A stretch of DNA of 63,575 nt, the filler included, from Choristocarpus tenellus KU-1152 (Eukaryota; Protista; Phaeophyceae): the NCBI GenBank assembly GCA_964200185.2. It is 12 parts of 12 records of this genome, joined end to end, with 100 filler letters (N's around TTAATTAATTAA, not from the genome) between each part and the next. Parts side by side here need not be neighbours in the genome. Positions count along the whole stretch, not along the records: positions 24,913 to 40,930 come from CAXNAD020000888.1; positions 41,031 to 46,496 come from CAXNAD020010698.1; positions 46,597 to 49,518 come from CAXNAD020023643.1; positions 49,619 to 52,306 come from CAXNAD020025637.1; positions 52,407 to 57,360 come from CAXNAD020012399.1; 7 more parts are not named here. One strand, given 5' to 3'. Under the pieces are notes generated by a model, which had not been told where the DNA came from, ran no database searches, and was given only the letters and a program-made list of their open reading frames with translations. Shown here in pieces: positions 40,891-52,847 of this stretch. Made by a program: the position numbers and the translations under genes. How positions within the stretch are numbered: the stretch's first letter is position 1; each line of letters begins with the position of its first letter.

Positions 40891-41692
40891 TTCTTGGGAT
40901 GCTTCCTTAGCTCCCCCCCCAGGGGCACAGNNNNNNNNNNNNNNNNNNNNNNNNNNNNNNNNNNNNNNNNNNNNTTAATTAATTAANNNNNNNNNNNNNN
41001 NNNNNNNNNNNNNNNNNNNNNNNNNNNNNNTCCATTGTCAATGAGTGCAACAAGACTACAGCAGTAATTTCTGTTTACTTTTTGCATGAAGACCTACTCC
41101 CCCCCCCCCCCCCCTCCCAGACACTTTGAGTCTGAGCATTCTAAACTTTTTGGGGGGGAATAAACCCTAACTCTAACCTTTATCTACTCAGCAAGCTATT
41201 TTCGTGATGAAAATATGTAGTTGACCTTGTTGATGGGGCAAGTTGAAGAGGAAGGGAATACAAGATAAAAAACTTATCCCGAGGCTAAAGGAGGCTCCCT
41301 CCCTTCAAGGTCATTAACCGGAACTCCCTTCTCATGCTGAAACAGATGCTCTCAACGCTTCGCTTGAGATCGGGTCGGGCACATTGAGATAATTACGACA
41401 CAATCTGTTCAAATCCTTTGTGCATTGGCATGCGCAATACGGCATGCCCCTGGGTTTATTCTTTTGGATGCCAAGCACACTCAATAGGTGCAATGGATGT
41501 AGGGACTCAAGCCAAGTGGTTGTACATGTTGAGATATTAATATGACGCAATGGGTTCAAGGCTTTTCCCATCAACATAGGCAACACAGCATATTTCTGGA
41601 TCTGTTAAATAGACATAGAAACAGACACAACGTTGGAGGCATGCACTCATACGGGTGTGTACACACACATGCACAGATGCATGGTTGCACCA

Positions 41693-41865
41693 GACCCAAA
41701 GTATCTGGGGGGGGGGTCTACAACCGAGTGTCCATTTGGTCCAAAACCAGGAAAGGTGCACTTTCATTATCCATCCAACGCATGGAACCAAATCACCCAA
41801 AAATCGTGACATGAAAAAATTGTCCCCAAACGGAAAGTTGCCACCCCTCCCAGATAATTTGAGCC
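41693..41865. mobile_element. MITE family A, complete (173 bp)
   Basis: GACCCAAAGTATCTGGGGGG...CCCCTCCCAGATAATTTGAGCC; flanks ACCA/AACA. Confidence 0.88.
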
Positions 41866-42272
41866 AACAATCTGATAGTTGACAGCCGCCGCTGTGAATA
41901 CTAAGAGACTGACTAGCATGTGACGGAGAGCTTGAGGTGGGCAAGGAGATTTGACACGGGATGCATGAGGGATTGAAGGGGGAATGAGTGAAAATCAAAG
42001 CAATCAAGAGGTACCCAGAGTTGATTTTAAGGATCCTGACAAATGCGCAAAAATGGGCTTTTTGTATAAATACATGCACATAGGAATGCCTCTGAATTCT
42101 GTCGAGAATTTTGAAACAATAGGGAAATCGATGCTCTCAAGTCAATCTCAGCACTTTATCCATTGAACTAAGGTGAATTGCACAAGACCAAAAGAGTGTC
42201 TTAAAATATAAACGTCTAAATCCTGGGTACCTCTAGTTTACATTGTCTCTGAATTCACACACTCAATCTCAC

Positions 42273-44002
42273 CATAGCCCCTGGCATTGCTGTTTGTCGA
42301 CTCCCCCCTCCCCGCCCAATAGCCTTTGCCTGGCCAAGGTCAGCAAGTTTGGCAGTGCGCCCGTCATAAAGAATGTTCTTCGAGGAGATATCACGATGAA
42401 CAATGGAAGGACTGAGAAGCAATGCCGGCAGAGGAGTAGGGAAAAGACTTGCTGTGTGGTTATCGTCTTTATATTTAAATGTAATTGTATTCTAAATAGT
42501 CTTTTGATTAGTAGTCTGTACAATCTAGCAACTTTCTTCACCTTTCTTCTCGACCAACAACATAGTCCTTGAGTGAGATGTTCACCTGTGCCCATGGAGG
42601 TAGCTAAGTCCATGAGATATGTCTCCTGCGAGGTCTAGCACTTCTGTCTGCCCCAGTCGAATCCGACGAACTTCCAGAAGGTCATATAGGCTCGATGGCA
42701 TCAGCCTTCGGATCGTTCAGTTGGAAGATATAGGGAAAACTCTTTCTGGTTAAGATGTTCCATTGAAAACATTGTCCGGTATCATTCTCTCACTGATCTA
42801 GGGAGGTAAGGTTATGGCACGACGCATGGACAGTTGTGCTGTGACTTTCATTGTACACTAAGTCGAGATATTGCCACTGGAATTGGAAGCAAATACTATA
42901 TTGCTGTTCTTATATTGTAATTTCCAGTCAGTGCTCTAACTTCTCTTCGAAAGGGTTTCACATTATGCCATGAAGCGGACAATGATGCAGGATATCCTGT
43001 TGCAATCTTTTAAAAGTGAGAGCCTAGAAATCTCCCACAATCTGACTATCGGTTACAAAAAATCACTAAACTACTCCCACAGTACATCCTCCTCCTAATA
43101 TATGTTCATCAAACCCTCACTCTGTGATGATGCTCAGCGGGTTTTTTGTTCTGGGATCAAACGTGACGCCAAGAAAGAGCAAAAGGTTTGGATGTCGCAG
43201 TCTGGACAATAGCTGCATCTCCTTAAGTAGCTCCTTTTGAACCTCAGACATCTCATGTGGTGTGAGAGTAGCGTCTTGGCCCCCGCAGAGCGCGTGGAGT
43301 TGCTTTGCCGCTACCCTGGAAATGGGTATAAACTTGTCAACAAGAGCTATTCCTTTTGTCAAAAAGGAAGGGACTGTTAAAGCAAGTCTAGTCACCATAT
43401 GATAATGACTCTCGCGACTCTTTGCAGCAGCAGCATCTTCCAGACTTTGCATGAAGGAAAGAAAAACTTCATCTACGTTTTAGGTTGACCTACTTGCAAA
43501 TACTTTTAACGGAGTTCCAGTGTTCGAATAGATGTAAGGATACAATCTTGTTCTTCATACACTGAGTCGCCATACTTGAATTAGTGCGAAGTCTCCCCCG
43601 GTTTGCCCGGATCGATTTGGAAAGGCAAACCTGATGCCTCTCCATTTTGCGACCCGAACCTCGCCATATGAGCCTCTCCCTAGGACACCTTCCTCCCCTT
43701 CCTCAACTACTACTTGGTTCTTCGGGAATGCCCACTCATTGGACAGTGACAGCATCTCCACCTCCATGTCATTGGCACCAACCTTTGTTTGGGTTAAAGT
43801 GAAGCTTAGATGGAGACATACGCAGGGGGCAGAGATGTTCAACCCGAGAAGACGATGGAAAGTAGGCATCACTGCTTCCATCCTGTCTCATCATTGACAA
43901 GGAAGCTCGACAACAAGGCGATGGCCGTACCTCATCCTCCCTCCTAGAGTCAATCGGCCATCTTGGGCTCAGTCGATCACTTCTCTGCCTAGTTCCCGAC
44001 AT
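42273..44002 (-). CDS. TKL-group Ser/Thr protein kinase, 3'-partial; exons 44002-43931, 43782-43631, 43315-43121, 42705-42586, 42411-42273
   Basis: LGRGSYGEV, WRGIRVAAK, EMQLLSRLRHPNLLLFLG, IITELM..SLYDLL, GLSYLH, IVHRDISSKNIL, AKLADLG. Phases are consistent. Confidence 0.92.
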
Positions 44003-44871
44003 CTCAATATCGATAGAGAAAATGTAAGTGTGGTGGTACGTTCCTGTTCATTGTAGGTCTATTACGTACTGCATCGTCAGAAAACTATAGAATAATACGG
44101 TTACATCATTACCACGAAAAAAAATGATCTTGAATAGATTGATAAGATATTGGTGATGGGACGCCTCCCAATTACCAAACAAACCTGAGACTATCGCTCA
44201 CGTTGGATTACGCTGCTCAACTTGGTGACTCGGGGCTGCGTTATTGAGAGCGGTAGCTTAATTGACGTCAGCCATAGCTATCGCCTTGATGTACGCCTGA
44301 TTGGATCTTCGTTCATATTGCAGAAGTGCATGCCCATACGATCCAGAGCCTCCTTGGACATCGACACAGATCAAGGTGAGGAAAGACTAGCTCCTCTTGA
44401 CTCCAGGCAACACCGTTCTCTCCCTTGTCCTTGCACGAACGGCGTCCACTAGTACATTGTATTGCGATCGGAATCGTCGTGTGGTGATATTCAAATGTGG
44501 GAAAATTGAGGTAGTTTGAATTTGAACAATACAAATCAGATGGAAACATACTGTCGATGTCATAGGATCCGTCGGACAGCTGCATCTCACAGCAAGTGTA
44601 CGGCTGAACAGCCACTTTGAAATATCTAGACTGACTTAGGATCCTCGTGCATCTAGCATGAAGAAAATATATATCAACCCTGTGATGTGTGCGCACGCAA
44701 GGTCTCAGCATTTGTGCTCTTTTTAGTCAGTATAACATTTTTGTGCAGGCCCTACCCGTTCTGTTGCCCATTGCGCCTGTTCACACTTTGGTCTACCTGA
44801 TGAAGGCAACCGATAAATAGAGAGACCAGCCCCCCTTTCCACTTCACAGGGCAAGAGCTGGGATAGGAGCC

Positions 44872-45403
44872 ATGAGCTCGGACGAGGGTGGCGATGGCGA
44901 GCACCGCATGGCTTTCACCGATGAGGTTGGTTCTACGATGACTTCATCCGCAACCACAAGCATAAGAGTTTTTTTCCTTCTACGACTGTACCTCAGGGTA
45001 GTGTGGATACCCACTGATAGCGCGCGGGGCACTTGGATGCTGTATGTAACACCAGGAGACTTGTAATATCAACTCGCGATTGCCAGCCATGTTGGCCTCA
45101 CCATTCCTTCGTACCTAGGAGCTCGGCACTGAATTATCTATTGGCATGACCATATACCTGACACTAAACGCTCCTACCTACGCAAACCTAGGGTGATCTG
45201 ATTTCCTAGTCTTCTTCCGTTTTGCCTACTCCCTGCTAACACACTCGACCCTTCCGCTCGAAGAACGACTTTGAGGGAGGGCGTTGGGTAGGTGGGGAAT
45301 ACTTCTACGAGAGCAAAAAGAAGGGAAGGCAGCAAACCAAGGATGAGATGCTGTACGGCGTGTTTGCTGATGGGAGCAGTGATGAAGACCAAGGAGGCAG
45401 AAG
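44872..45403 (+). CDS. TFIP11: Tuftelin-interacting protein 11 (TFIP11/STIP/Ntr1) N-terminus, 3'-partial; exons 44872-44925, 45264-45403
   Basis: MSSDE...MAFTDE|NDFEGGRWVGGEYFYESKKKGRQQTKDEMLYGVFADGSSDED matches the TIP_N motif (ENDYE.GQW.GGEFYY...QTKDD.LYGVF). Confidence 0.85.
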
Positions 45404-46390
45404 GTAAATAGACCTTGACAGGTTCCGGTGCCAACCCACACACTCATGGGACCCTAAGAGGGGGTGCTAGTGAAGGAATCAAATTGAGCTCCATTACGCC
45501 GGACCTTCAACCTTCCTGAGAAGTTGGATGTTGCCGTCGACTGGAAATGAGGGGATCTATGGGTAGAACTCACATGACTGACGGTAATCACTAAACCCGC
45601 CATGCCGTCATCGGTCTGTCCTCGAGTCGCACCGAGCAACCTACTTCCCAACCTGTAGATTTTATGCCCTGGTGCTGGTAGGCCAATTTTTTGGGCATAC
45701 ACTATCAGCAGCATTTTGCGTTGTCCTATTGCATAGTGGCCAAACCGTAATCTTACTCCTATCCTGCTGTTCCCTAGGTCCTCATACCCTGTGGTCCTCG
45801 CACTACCATTCAACCCCAGGCAATGGCTTAGGTTTTTGTAAGAAGTGAATAACTTTCCTCATGGCTGTGTGTGCCACGGCCTGAATTGTTCACGCCCTGG
45901 TCAACTCTCACCGAACATGCAGTTTTTTGTTTTGCTTGAAATAAGATACAAATTGCTAATTTTGAAATGGCATTTCTGTAGCAGAGGTCTTCCGGTGAGT
46001 CCCTTCTGGAGACTCTTTCCCCCAAAATGTGCTCTATTTTGTGTCCTTTTCTTTCAAAGAACCCGAAAACGTTTCCGAGAATTGTTTACCTCCATGCCGT
46101 TGAAGTATATCTCTACTGTGCTGTATATACAACCTTGAAAAGTGCAAGATGCATGCTGTGCACTCCTTCCACATAGAACACTAGGTGCATACCCCTACCT
46201 GTGATGCAGATCATTATAGTGAGGTTCCTTTTCAGGTAGAGAACCAAACTCGAGAGTATGTGAAGAAGGAGCAATGGCGTTGGGGCTCCCCCCCCAAACC
46301 TATCTCCAATATGGCTCTGGGCAGACAAACAGGACAGAACAAGCTGGCACGCGTGCACGCACGCACACATTCCCCTCCTAACTCCCTGTA

Positions 46391-46440
<50 letters not shown>

Positions 46441-46596
46441 TCCTCTCTCTTCTCTTTTCCTTACTCCTCTCCTCCTCTCACGCGGCCCAACTGCACNNNN
46501 NNNNNNNNNNNNNNNNNNNNNNNNNNNNNNNNNNNNNNNNTTAATTAATTAANNNNNNNNNNNNNNNNNNNNNNNNNNNNNNNNNNNNNNNNNNNN

Positions 46597-47780
46597 TTCA
46601 AATCAATTTTGCCATACCCTACAATGGGCAGTGGTGTGCCGTCAGCCACAGTCATTTTGTGGCCTGGCGGACATGTGGCGAATCTATACATGTTAGTCGA
46701 GTCATTTGTTACACTATTAGAGGCACCCGAATCGAAAGACCAAGTTTCGAGAGCATTCAAACTCACCTCGCCATTGTTAGTCATTGCGGCTAACATGTTC
46801 TTAAATTTTCTCCCTGTTCTAGCCGGTCCTCCTGATCCCGTCTCGAACTTCCTCCTTGGCCTAGCTGGTTCCACTGATCCAGCTAGTTCTTCCGCCACGT
46901 CCTGCGGAGTCACCCTCTGGCGATATGTATTCCCCACCAACTTTGGTGGTCCTGCCCTCCCATAGGGGCACTCAGCTTGCCGGTGTCCTTTGCTTCCTCA
47001 GCTGTGACACAGTCCTTTAAATTCATGGGAATCTGCGTGCTTTTCCTGTCTTCTGGGATGAGATCCTTTCATCCCAGGGTATGTACGGTGATCAGTCGTA
47101 CTTCGGCTGCCACCTAGGCTAGCTCTTCTTTTGTTCCTCGCGGCTAGAGCACTCCCAGGCTCTCCGCGGTCTCCTATTTCTCGTTTGAGTGAGAAATAAC
47201 GCGAACGAGCGGCTTGTTGAATAATAGTCCTCGAACGCTCGGCCTTGTTATGGTGCAGCAGATAATGTTTGGTAATTTGATAGTCCTCATCCAAACAATC
47301 CAGCATGGCGATTTCTAGGACTTGCTCGGATATCACATGCCCCATCATCGTCATCTGGCCAACCCAGTCCAGCATCATAGTGAAGGTGATTTGGGGATCT
47401 GATCCCCTAGGCATCTTGACCGTCATGACCTTCCTTTGGAGTCTGGCTATTTCCTCATCTGATTGAATAAGAAAGTGTTCACGTATTTTTTTCCAGGCTC
47501 CTGAAGGTGAGGCAGCATTCCAGACTATACACCGGAAAATTCCGCTGGTGCTCCTCTGTAGGACGCCATATGCCTTCTTGGCCTTGGTGACTTCGTCTTC
47601 ACTGACATCTTCGCCCTTAATGAATTCGATGTCACCTACTCTGATGGGTATCCTCCTATACTCCAGTGCCTCATCAATATCCCCCTTAGCCCCCAAAAAT
47701 GCGCGCGTTGTAGCAAACCAGTCCGCATAATTGTCGTCCGAGAGCTGGAGGAGTTTGATGTTGGTCCCATCAGAAGCCAT
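46597..47780 (-). pseudogene. Copia gag-protease polyprotein with one in-frame TGA (47000-46998) at the second Cys of the CCHC knuckle
   Basis: LSDDNYADW...AASPSGAWKKI (gag/UBN2-like), then C-H-S-*-G-S-K-G-H-R-Q-A-E-C-P, continuing in frame into the protease. Confidence 0.8.
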
Positions 47781-47859
47781 GAGTGGTGCTATGCCAATTC
47801 AAAACAAACCAGCCTGGCTGCGCCTCCCCTGGCCAGAGTTTGTTTTAAGCGCTTAAGCG

Positions 47860-48112
47860 TGTTGAGAAGCTTGGCGCACATAAGGCTCGTCGCCGGAAGT
47901 TAGCAGTTGAATTACATGGTAAAGCACACACTGAATTATTAATTGCCCGTCAACCATCCATCATCACTGACATGTGGATTAATGTTGACTTATTATATTT
48001 TATATACGTACGTACTCTGTATCATACCTAACCAAATATAAACGTACGTATAACCTTGTTGTATACTTGTGTCAGCACAAACAACGTAAGGATAACACTA
48101 GGTTATTTGACA
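47860..48112 (-). repeat. 5' LTR of the copia element
   Basis: TGT...ACA termini. Boundaries are supported by similarity to 52602-52847. Confidence 0.75.
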
Positions 48113-49618
48113 AGACTTCACAGACATCGACTACAACCACCTGGACAACACATTTACGATCCTGCCTGGTCAATATCCGAGGTTCACCTCGGAATCCAAC
48201 CGGCAATCCCTCGGTGGGATACCTGCTCGCTTCTCTAGGCAACTCAGACTTGGGGACACATCCGACGCCAGGTTCGGTCGAGGAACTAGCTTCATCCTAC
48301 GCGCGAGTGGGGTGGGCATCATACAGGGGAAGGTCAGTGATGTTCACGTAGATGGTTCAGGGGCGTAAATTTACTCAGTGTCATACCTCCCAGACGATGG
48401 CAAAAAATCTTTTCCCCCTCAACTGGGGTCGTACATGACAGAGGACGAGATCGAGGAGGGTGTCAACCAACTTCGAGAGAGAAGAATATGAGGGACAGTG
48501 ACGAGGCTGCAGCCCTGTGTGTCAGACAACGCCGTCGGTCGATTGTTGACCACCAGTGGAAGTGTAGGGACATGGAGAAGTAAACATAGAAATATATACT
48601 CCTTGAACCGACACTGAGGTATGTGCCAGTTTTAGATGAGGGAGAAACACTCAATGCCAGAGACAAAGGCAGGGACTATACTTCAGATGGGACTATCAGT
48701 GGATGCGAGGGATCGTGTGACCAAGTACCAGCCCCACTACATAGTGAAATTTAGAGAGGAGCGAGTCAGCTACACCTACGAGGTCAAATGGGAGAATGGC
48801 GACTTGCGAAATATGCAGCTTCTTGTCCAACACTACAGCATTGACCAAGACACTCCTACACAGGCCTGGTTCTGGACAAGTCCTACACTGCCACCATACT
48901 GACGAGGTACACGGCTTTGAGGAGCAGCGTAGGCCAATTTCTGCTCGTAAGTGGCCTCTACTTCACCTGTCCAACACATGTTTCGACAGACATGTTATGA
49001 TGGAGAGATCGGATGTTCTCTAAATCAACAAACTTACGCATTTGGTCTATTGAATTTATTATCTTCCCGAAGAGTTTGTGCTTATGTGTCCTCATACACA
49101 TGTTTTTATTGGCCCGGTGACAACCTAGATTTCATCTCCATTAGTGCGTTCTGCCACCATCCTCTAATACTTTTACTGCCATGCCCCAATCCTTTCCCCT
49201 CCCCTCTTTGCATTGATCGGACCACAGAGAATTGACAGAAACCTTACTAGAAATACGTTGACCCACAAGCATCTCGTACTCCATACCACCATCTTCAGCA
49301 CGAGTCGAGATTTCCACAACAGATTACCTCTCTTCCACACCCAAACTAAGCGGTGGCAACCATGCCGGCTCCAAATTTTGAACCCAACGGCAAGTTCCCT
49401 GAGCCATAATAACATAGTCTACACCCACTCAAGCCCCAGGCGTAGGTCTTAAAGGGATTTTAGTCCAAAATACATCATAAAACAGGGGATTCGCAGAATC
49501 GAGGCTGGAGCGGGACTANNNNNNNNNNNNNNNNNNNNNNNNNNNNNNNNNNNNNNNNNNNNTTAATTAATTAANNNNNNNNNNNNNNNNNNNNNNNNNN
49601 NNNNNNNNNNNNNNNNNN

Positions 49619-50334
49619 GGGTGGGGGGGGGGGAGCGGGGGAGGGGGGGGTATGACATCACCAGCTGGTGCAGTTCCGATGCCCACTCCTGTGTCGCCTG
49701 CGTTGGGACCGGGGGGTAGTCTGAAGGTGGGAGAGCTTACTTTGGATCAGGCGTTGTCAGCGTGGCAGGTAGCTATTGGGCGTCTGGACATGGCGATTTC
49801 AAACCTGTTGGCATCATATCGTGGGCAGGGTGAACTGACCCTGCATGCTGTGAATGGGGATGCAGACCTTACAGTGGCCCTGACAGAGGTGAGTAGATGG
49901 GAGGTACTGACCTGGGGAAGGCAGAGGGAGAAGTATCGCAGAGGAGAGCAACACTTACGCAACAGTGGGAATGAACAACCGTGTGACACCTCTTGGAAAA
50001 TTGAAGTACATATCGTACTCTGTAGTAGTGAGTTGTCAGTGCCGTAGAGGAAGGTTGGATGATGTGTCAACCCCATTCCCCTTGGTGGGGGGTACATGTT
50101 TTTTCTGTATTATGTTCTACCCACCCATCTCATCACTGGAAATTCTATCTGCACACCTTTGCCGGCCCACACAACCCTTGATTGTAGATCGTAACTGTGG
50201 GTAAGGGAGTTCCAATGAACATGCGTGAGGAGGCGTTGACAAAGTTTGCTCGTGCGGTGTTCTTCAACCGTCTGTTTGATATGGCCAGGGGGAAGGAGGA
50301 CAGCCCGGGCAGCATTCCTCTCCTCAGGGTGGAG
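49619..50334 (+). CDS. CNOT1: CCR4-NOT subunit 1 (CNOT1)-like internal fragment; exons <49619-49888, 50188-50334
   Basis: LTLDQALSAWQ...LTEIVTV...REEALTKFARAVFFNRLFD...LRVE resembles plant NOT1 (DALDKYQ...RDEAALAVAQKVFKGLYE). Phase-0 GT-AG intron. Confidence 0.55.
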
Positions 50335-52439
50335 GTGGGTTTGTGTGTTTGTTCTTACATTCTGGTAGATACGGTTGGATATTAGTACATGAGCACAGAA
50401 ATGCAAATTCTTGCATGTTTGTTTTACACTTGGGGGAAGTGCGATGTGTCGATGCACTTGCAGGATAGTGTGCTGGGGTGAATATACACTTTTGGATTGT
50501 GTTAATGCGAGTAATGCTTCTTCTCGGTCTAGCATTTTTTTTGTTGGTTATTTATTGTTTTTGGGTAATATTAAAGAAATCGAGTGTATTCTGTAACTAC
50601 ACTCTAGGTGTCCAACTGGTCCTTGTGTCCATATCAACAAGGTGGGCTCACCAAAGAATGCTCTACTACGGTTTTGCTCCTGTCGTGTTCATTTTTCAAC
50701 ATACTTGTTTTCGATTTTGATAGTCTTGGACTGTTTTTTTAATTATTATTTTTGTAATACGTAGGAAAATATGGCAATGAATGGGCTATTCCAGTAATGT
50801 GATTTATTTTTGTGTGTGTGTGTGTGTTTTTTTCAGCTTTTTGAAGGGGGCTTAAGCCTGAATTACAACTATTGCTCTAACTCATAACCTTCTAGTGATT
50901 TCTTCCTTGAATCGTTGTGTTTTAATTGACTGTTTTGAACTTTCCTAAGGGAAAAAAAATGTATAAAAAAGAATGTGTTCCAGAGGCAAGAAATAATTAT
51001 TCAATACATTGTGAAATTTTTCTCACAATGTCAAATCTCACGTGCAGTGGGAGCATACCATTTATAACCTCAACACAGCCTTCAAGTGCGCTATAGTTGG
51101 TTGTTTCTTTGAACAGTCAAAAATTTTGTCCTTGAAGCACCCGGAATACTACAGGAAGTGTGATCTTTGGATGGGATACAATTTTGGGTTTCAAACTAAA
51201 TCCTAAAGATGTGATCAAGTGTTAGTGTCACGCATGGCGCTCAAACACACACTGGAGCAGTGAGCATCAAACATCCTGTAGCATCTTGAGTCGTGCTTGG
51301 TTGATTTTTCTCTTTTAGCACCTGATCGTCTTCTCAACATCCTGGAGCATTGAGGTTTTGATGGGATCTAGAAGTGAATACCAGCCGATGATTGCACTGT
51401 TTCATGACAAGCCCAGCTTTTTGTCCCTCTCCCCCAAAAGCTCACTGCTCTCCTCATTTCTGATGTGGTGGCATCCTCTCACTAATAATAGCACTCCTAA
51501 CACCTTCTCGGGTTGGTCAATTTTATATGCACACAATTATGTGTCATTTAGGTGTATTCTGCAGTACTGGAGCTGTGTGTGCGTTCGGTAAAGGCTGCCA
51601 GGAAGGAGGACCTGTTGACCCAGTGGTACTCCTCGCTGCCCATGCAAGCTGTCAATGGGGAGGGGGCTCGCAAGTTGCACCTGGCAGCACTCAAGTGTTT
51701 TGTGCAGGTCTGTTTGTATATTGTGGGTTGAGGTCAGGGTGGGATTGTAAGTAATTTGTCCCCCACTCCAAGTACTGTTGTAGTTTCCTCTTTTGCCGTA
51801 GGCTTTTTCATGATGCTAAGTCCAATGTTCTGCACTGTGCGCGCGCGTGTGTGTGTGTGTTTGCTACTAATGTTCTTGTTGAGAGGTGTGGGGTGATTTT
51901 GCACAAGAGCGTGTTGTTGGTGGTGATAAGGATACATGCATTGGGACTACATGAAATAGTTGTGTCTGGAGATGTGAAGAGTTTTCTTGAGGGACGGGTC
52001 TTGTGTTCACCTCCTGGAGTCCTTGAATTCCCACCCTCTCCCTCTCTCCTCGAAACGCATCAAACCTGTTGTGCCATCTATGTACTGGTGAGTTAGAGGG
52101 CGTTGGCGACTGTGTTGGTTTTGGACAAGTTCATGGTCCTCACTCAAGCGGTGATAAAGTCTTTTTTTTTTGTGCTTGGTTGCATTTCTGCTTCAAACTT
52201 GTCCTGTGCAAGAATGAGCAGAATATATTTGTTTCTGGGATAGATCTCCAGCATACAAGCCTACTCCCACCTGCTTCCTTCCCCTCCCCCCCCCCCCCCC
52301 CCCCTCNNNNNNNNNNNNNNNNNNNNNNNNNNNNNNNNNNNNNNNNNNNNTTAATTAATTAANNNNNNNNNNNNNNNNNNNNNNNNNNNNNNNNNNNNNN
52401 NNNNNNGTGTTCATTTGGGTCTTAACCTGGTAAGGTGCA

Positions 52440-52595
52440 GACCCAAATTATCTGGGGGGGGGAGGGGGTCTACAATAGGGTGTCCATTTTGGACCATATC
52501 CAGGAAAAGTGCACTTACATTATCCATCTGGCATACGCAACCAAATCACCAAAAAAAACGCGACATGGAAAACATTGGCCCCAAATGGACAAACC
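52440..52595. mobile_element. MITE family A copy lacking its right TIR, abutting a copia LTR
   Basis: GACCCAAATTATCTGGGG start; aligns to 41693 up to CCCCAAATGGAC. Confidence 0.8.
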
Positions 52596-52601
52596 TAAGC
52601 A

Positions 52602-52847
52602 CGTTGAAGAGCTTGGCACATGTAAGGCTCGTCACGAAAGCTAGTAGTTGAATTACATGGTAAAACATATACTGAATAATTAATTGCCCACTGGGTGTCC
52701 ACACACTGGCTCATCATACTGTTGCTTATCATACCGTTTGCACGTTACAACTGGTATTTTACCTAACCAAATATATATGTGCATGAACCCTGTGTTATAT
52801 ACTTGTAGCAGCACAGACAATGCAAGGATACACTTGGTTAATCGATA
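52602..52847 (-). mobile_element. Decayed LTR of the same copia family as 47860-48112
   Basis: Shared blocks TAAGGCTCGTC, GTTGAATTACATGGTAAA, ACCTAACCAAATATA, TATACTTGT..CAGCACA in the same order. Confidence 0.8.

Larger units (their letters stand above)
46597..48112 (-). mobile_element. Ty1/copia LTR retrotransposon, 5' part (LTR, gag, protease), truncated by contig end
   Basis: 253-bp TG...CA LTR at 47860-48112, gag from 47780, zinc knuckle, and copia protease motif WSFDSGASNSVT...VADGTPLPIVGYGKI. Confidence 0.9.
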
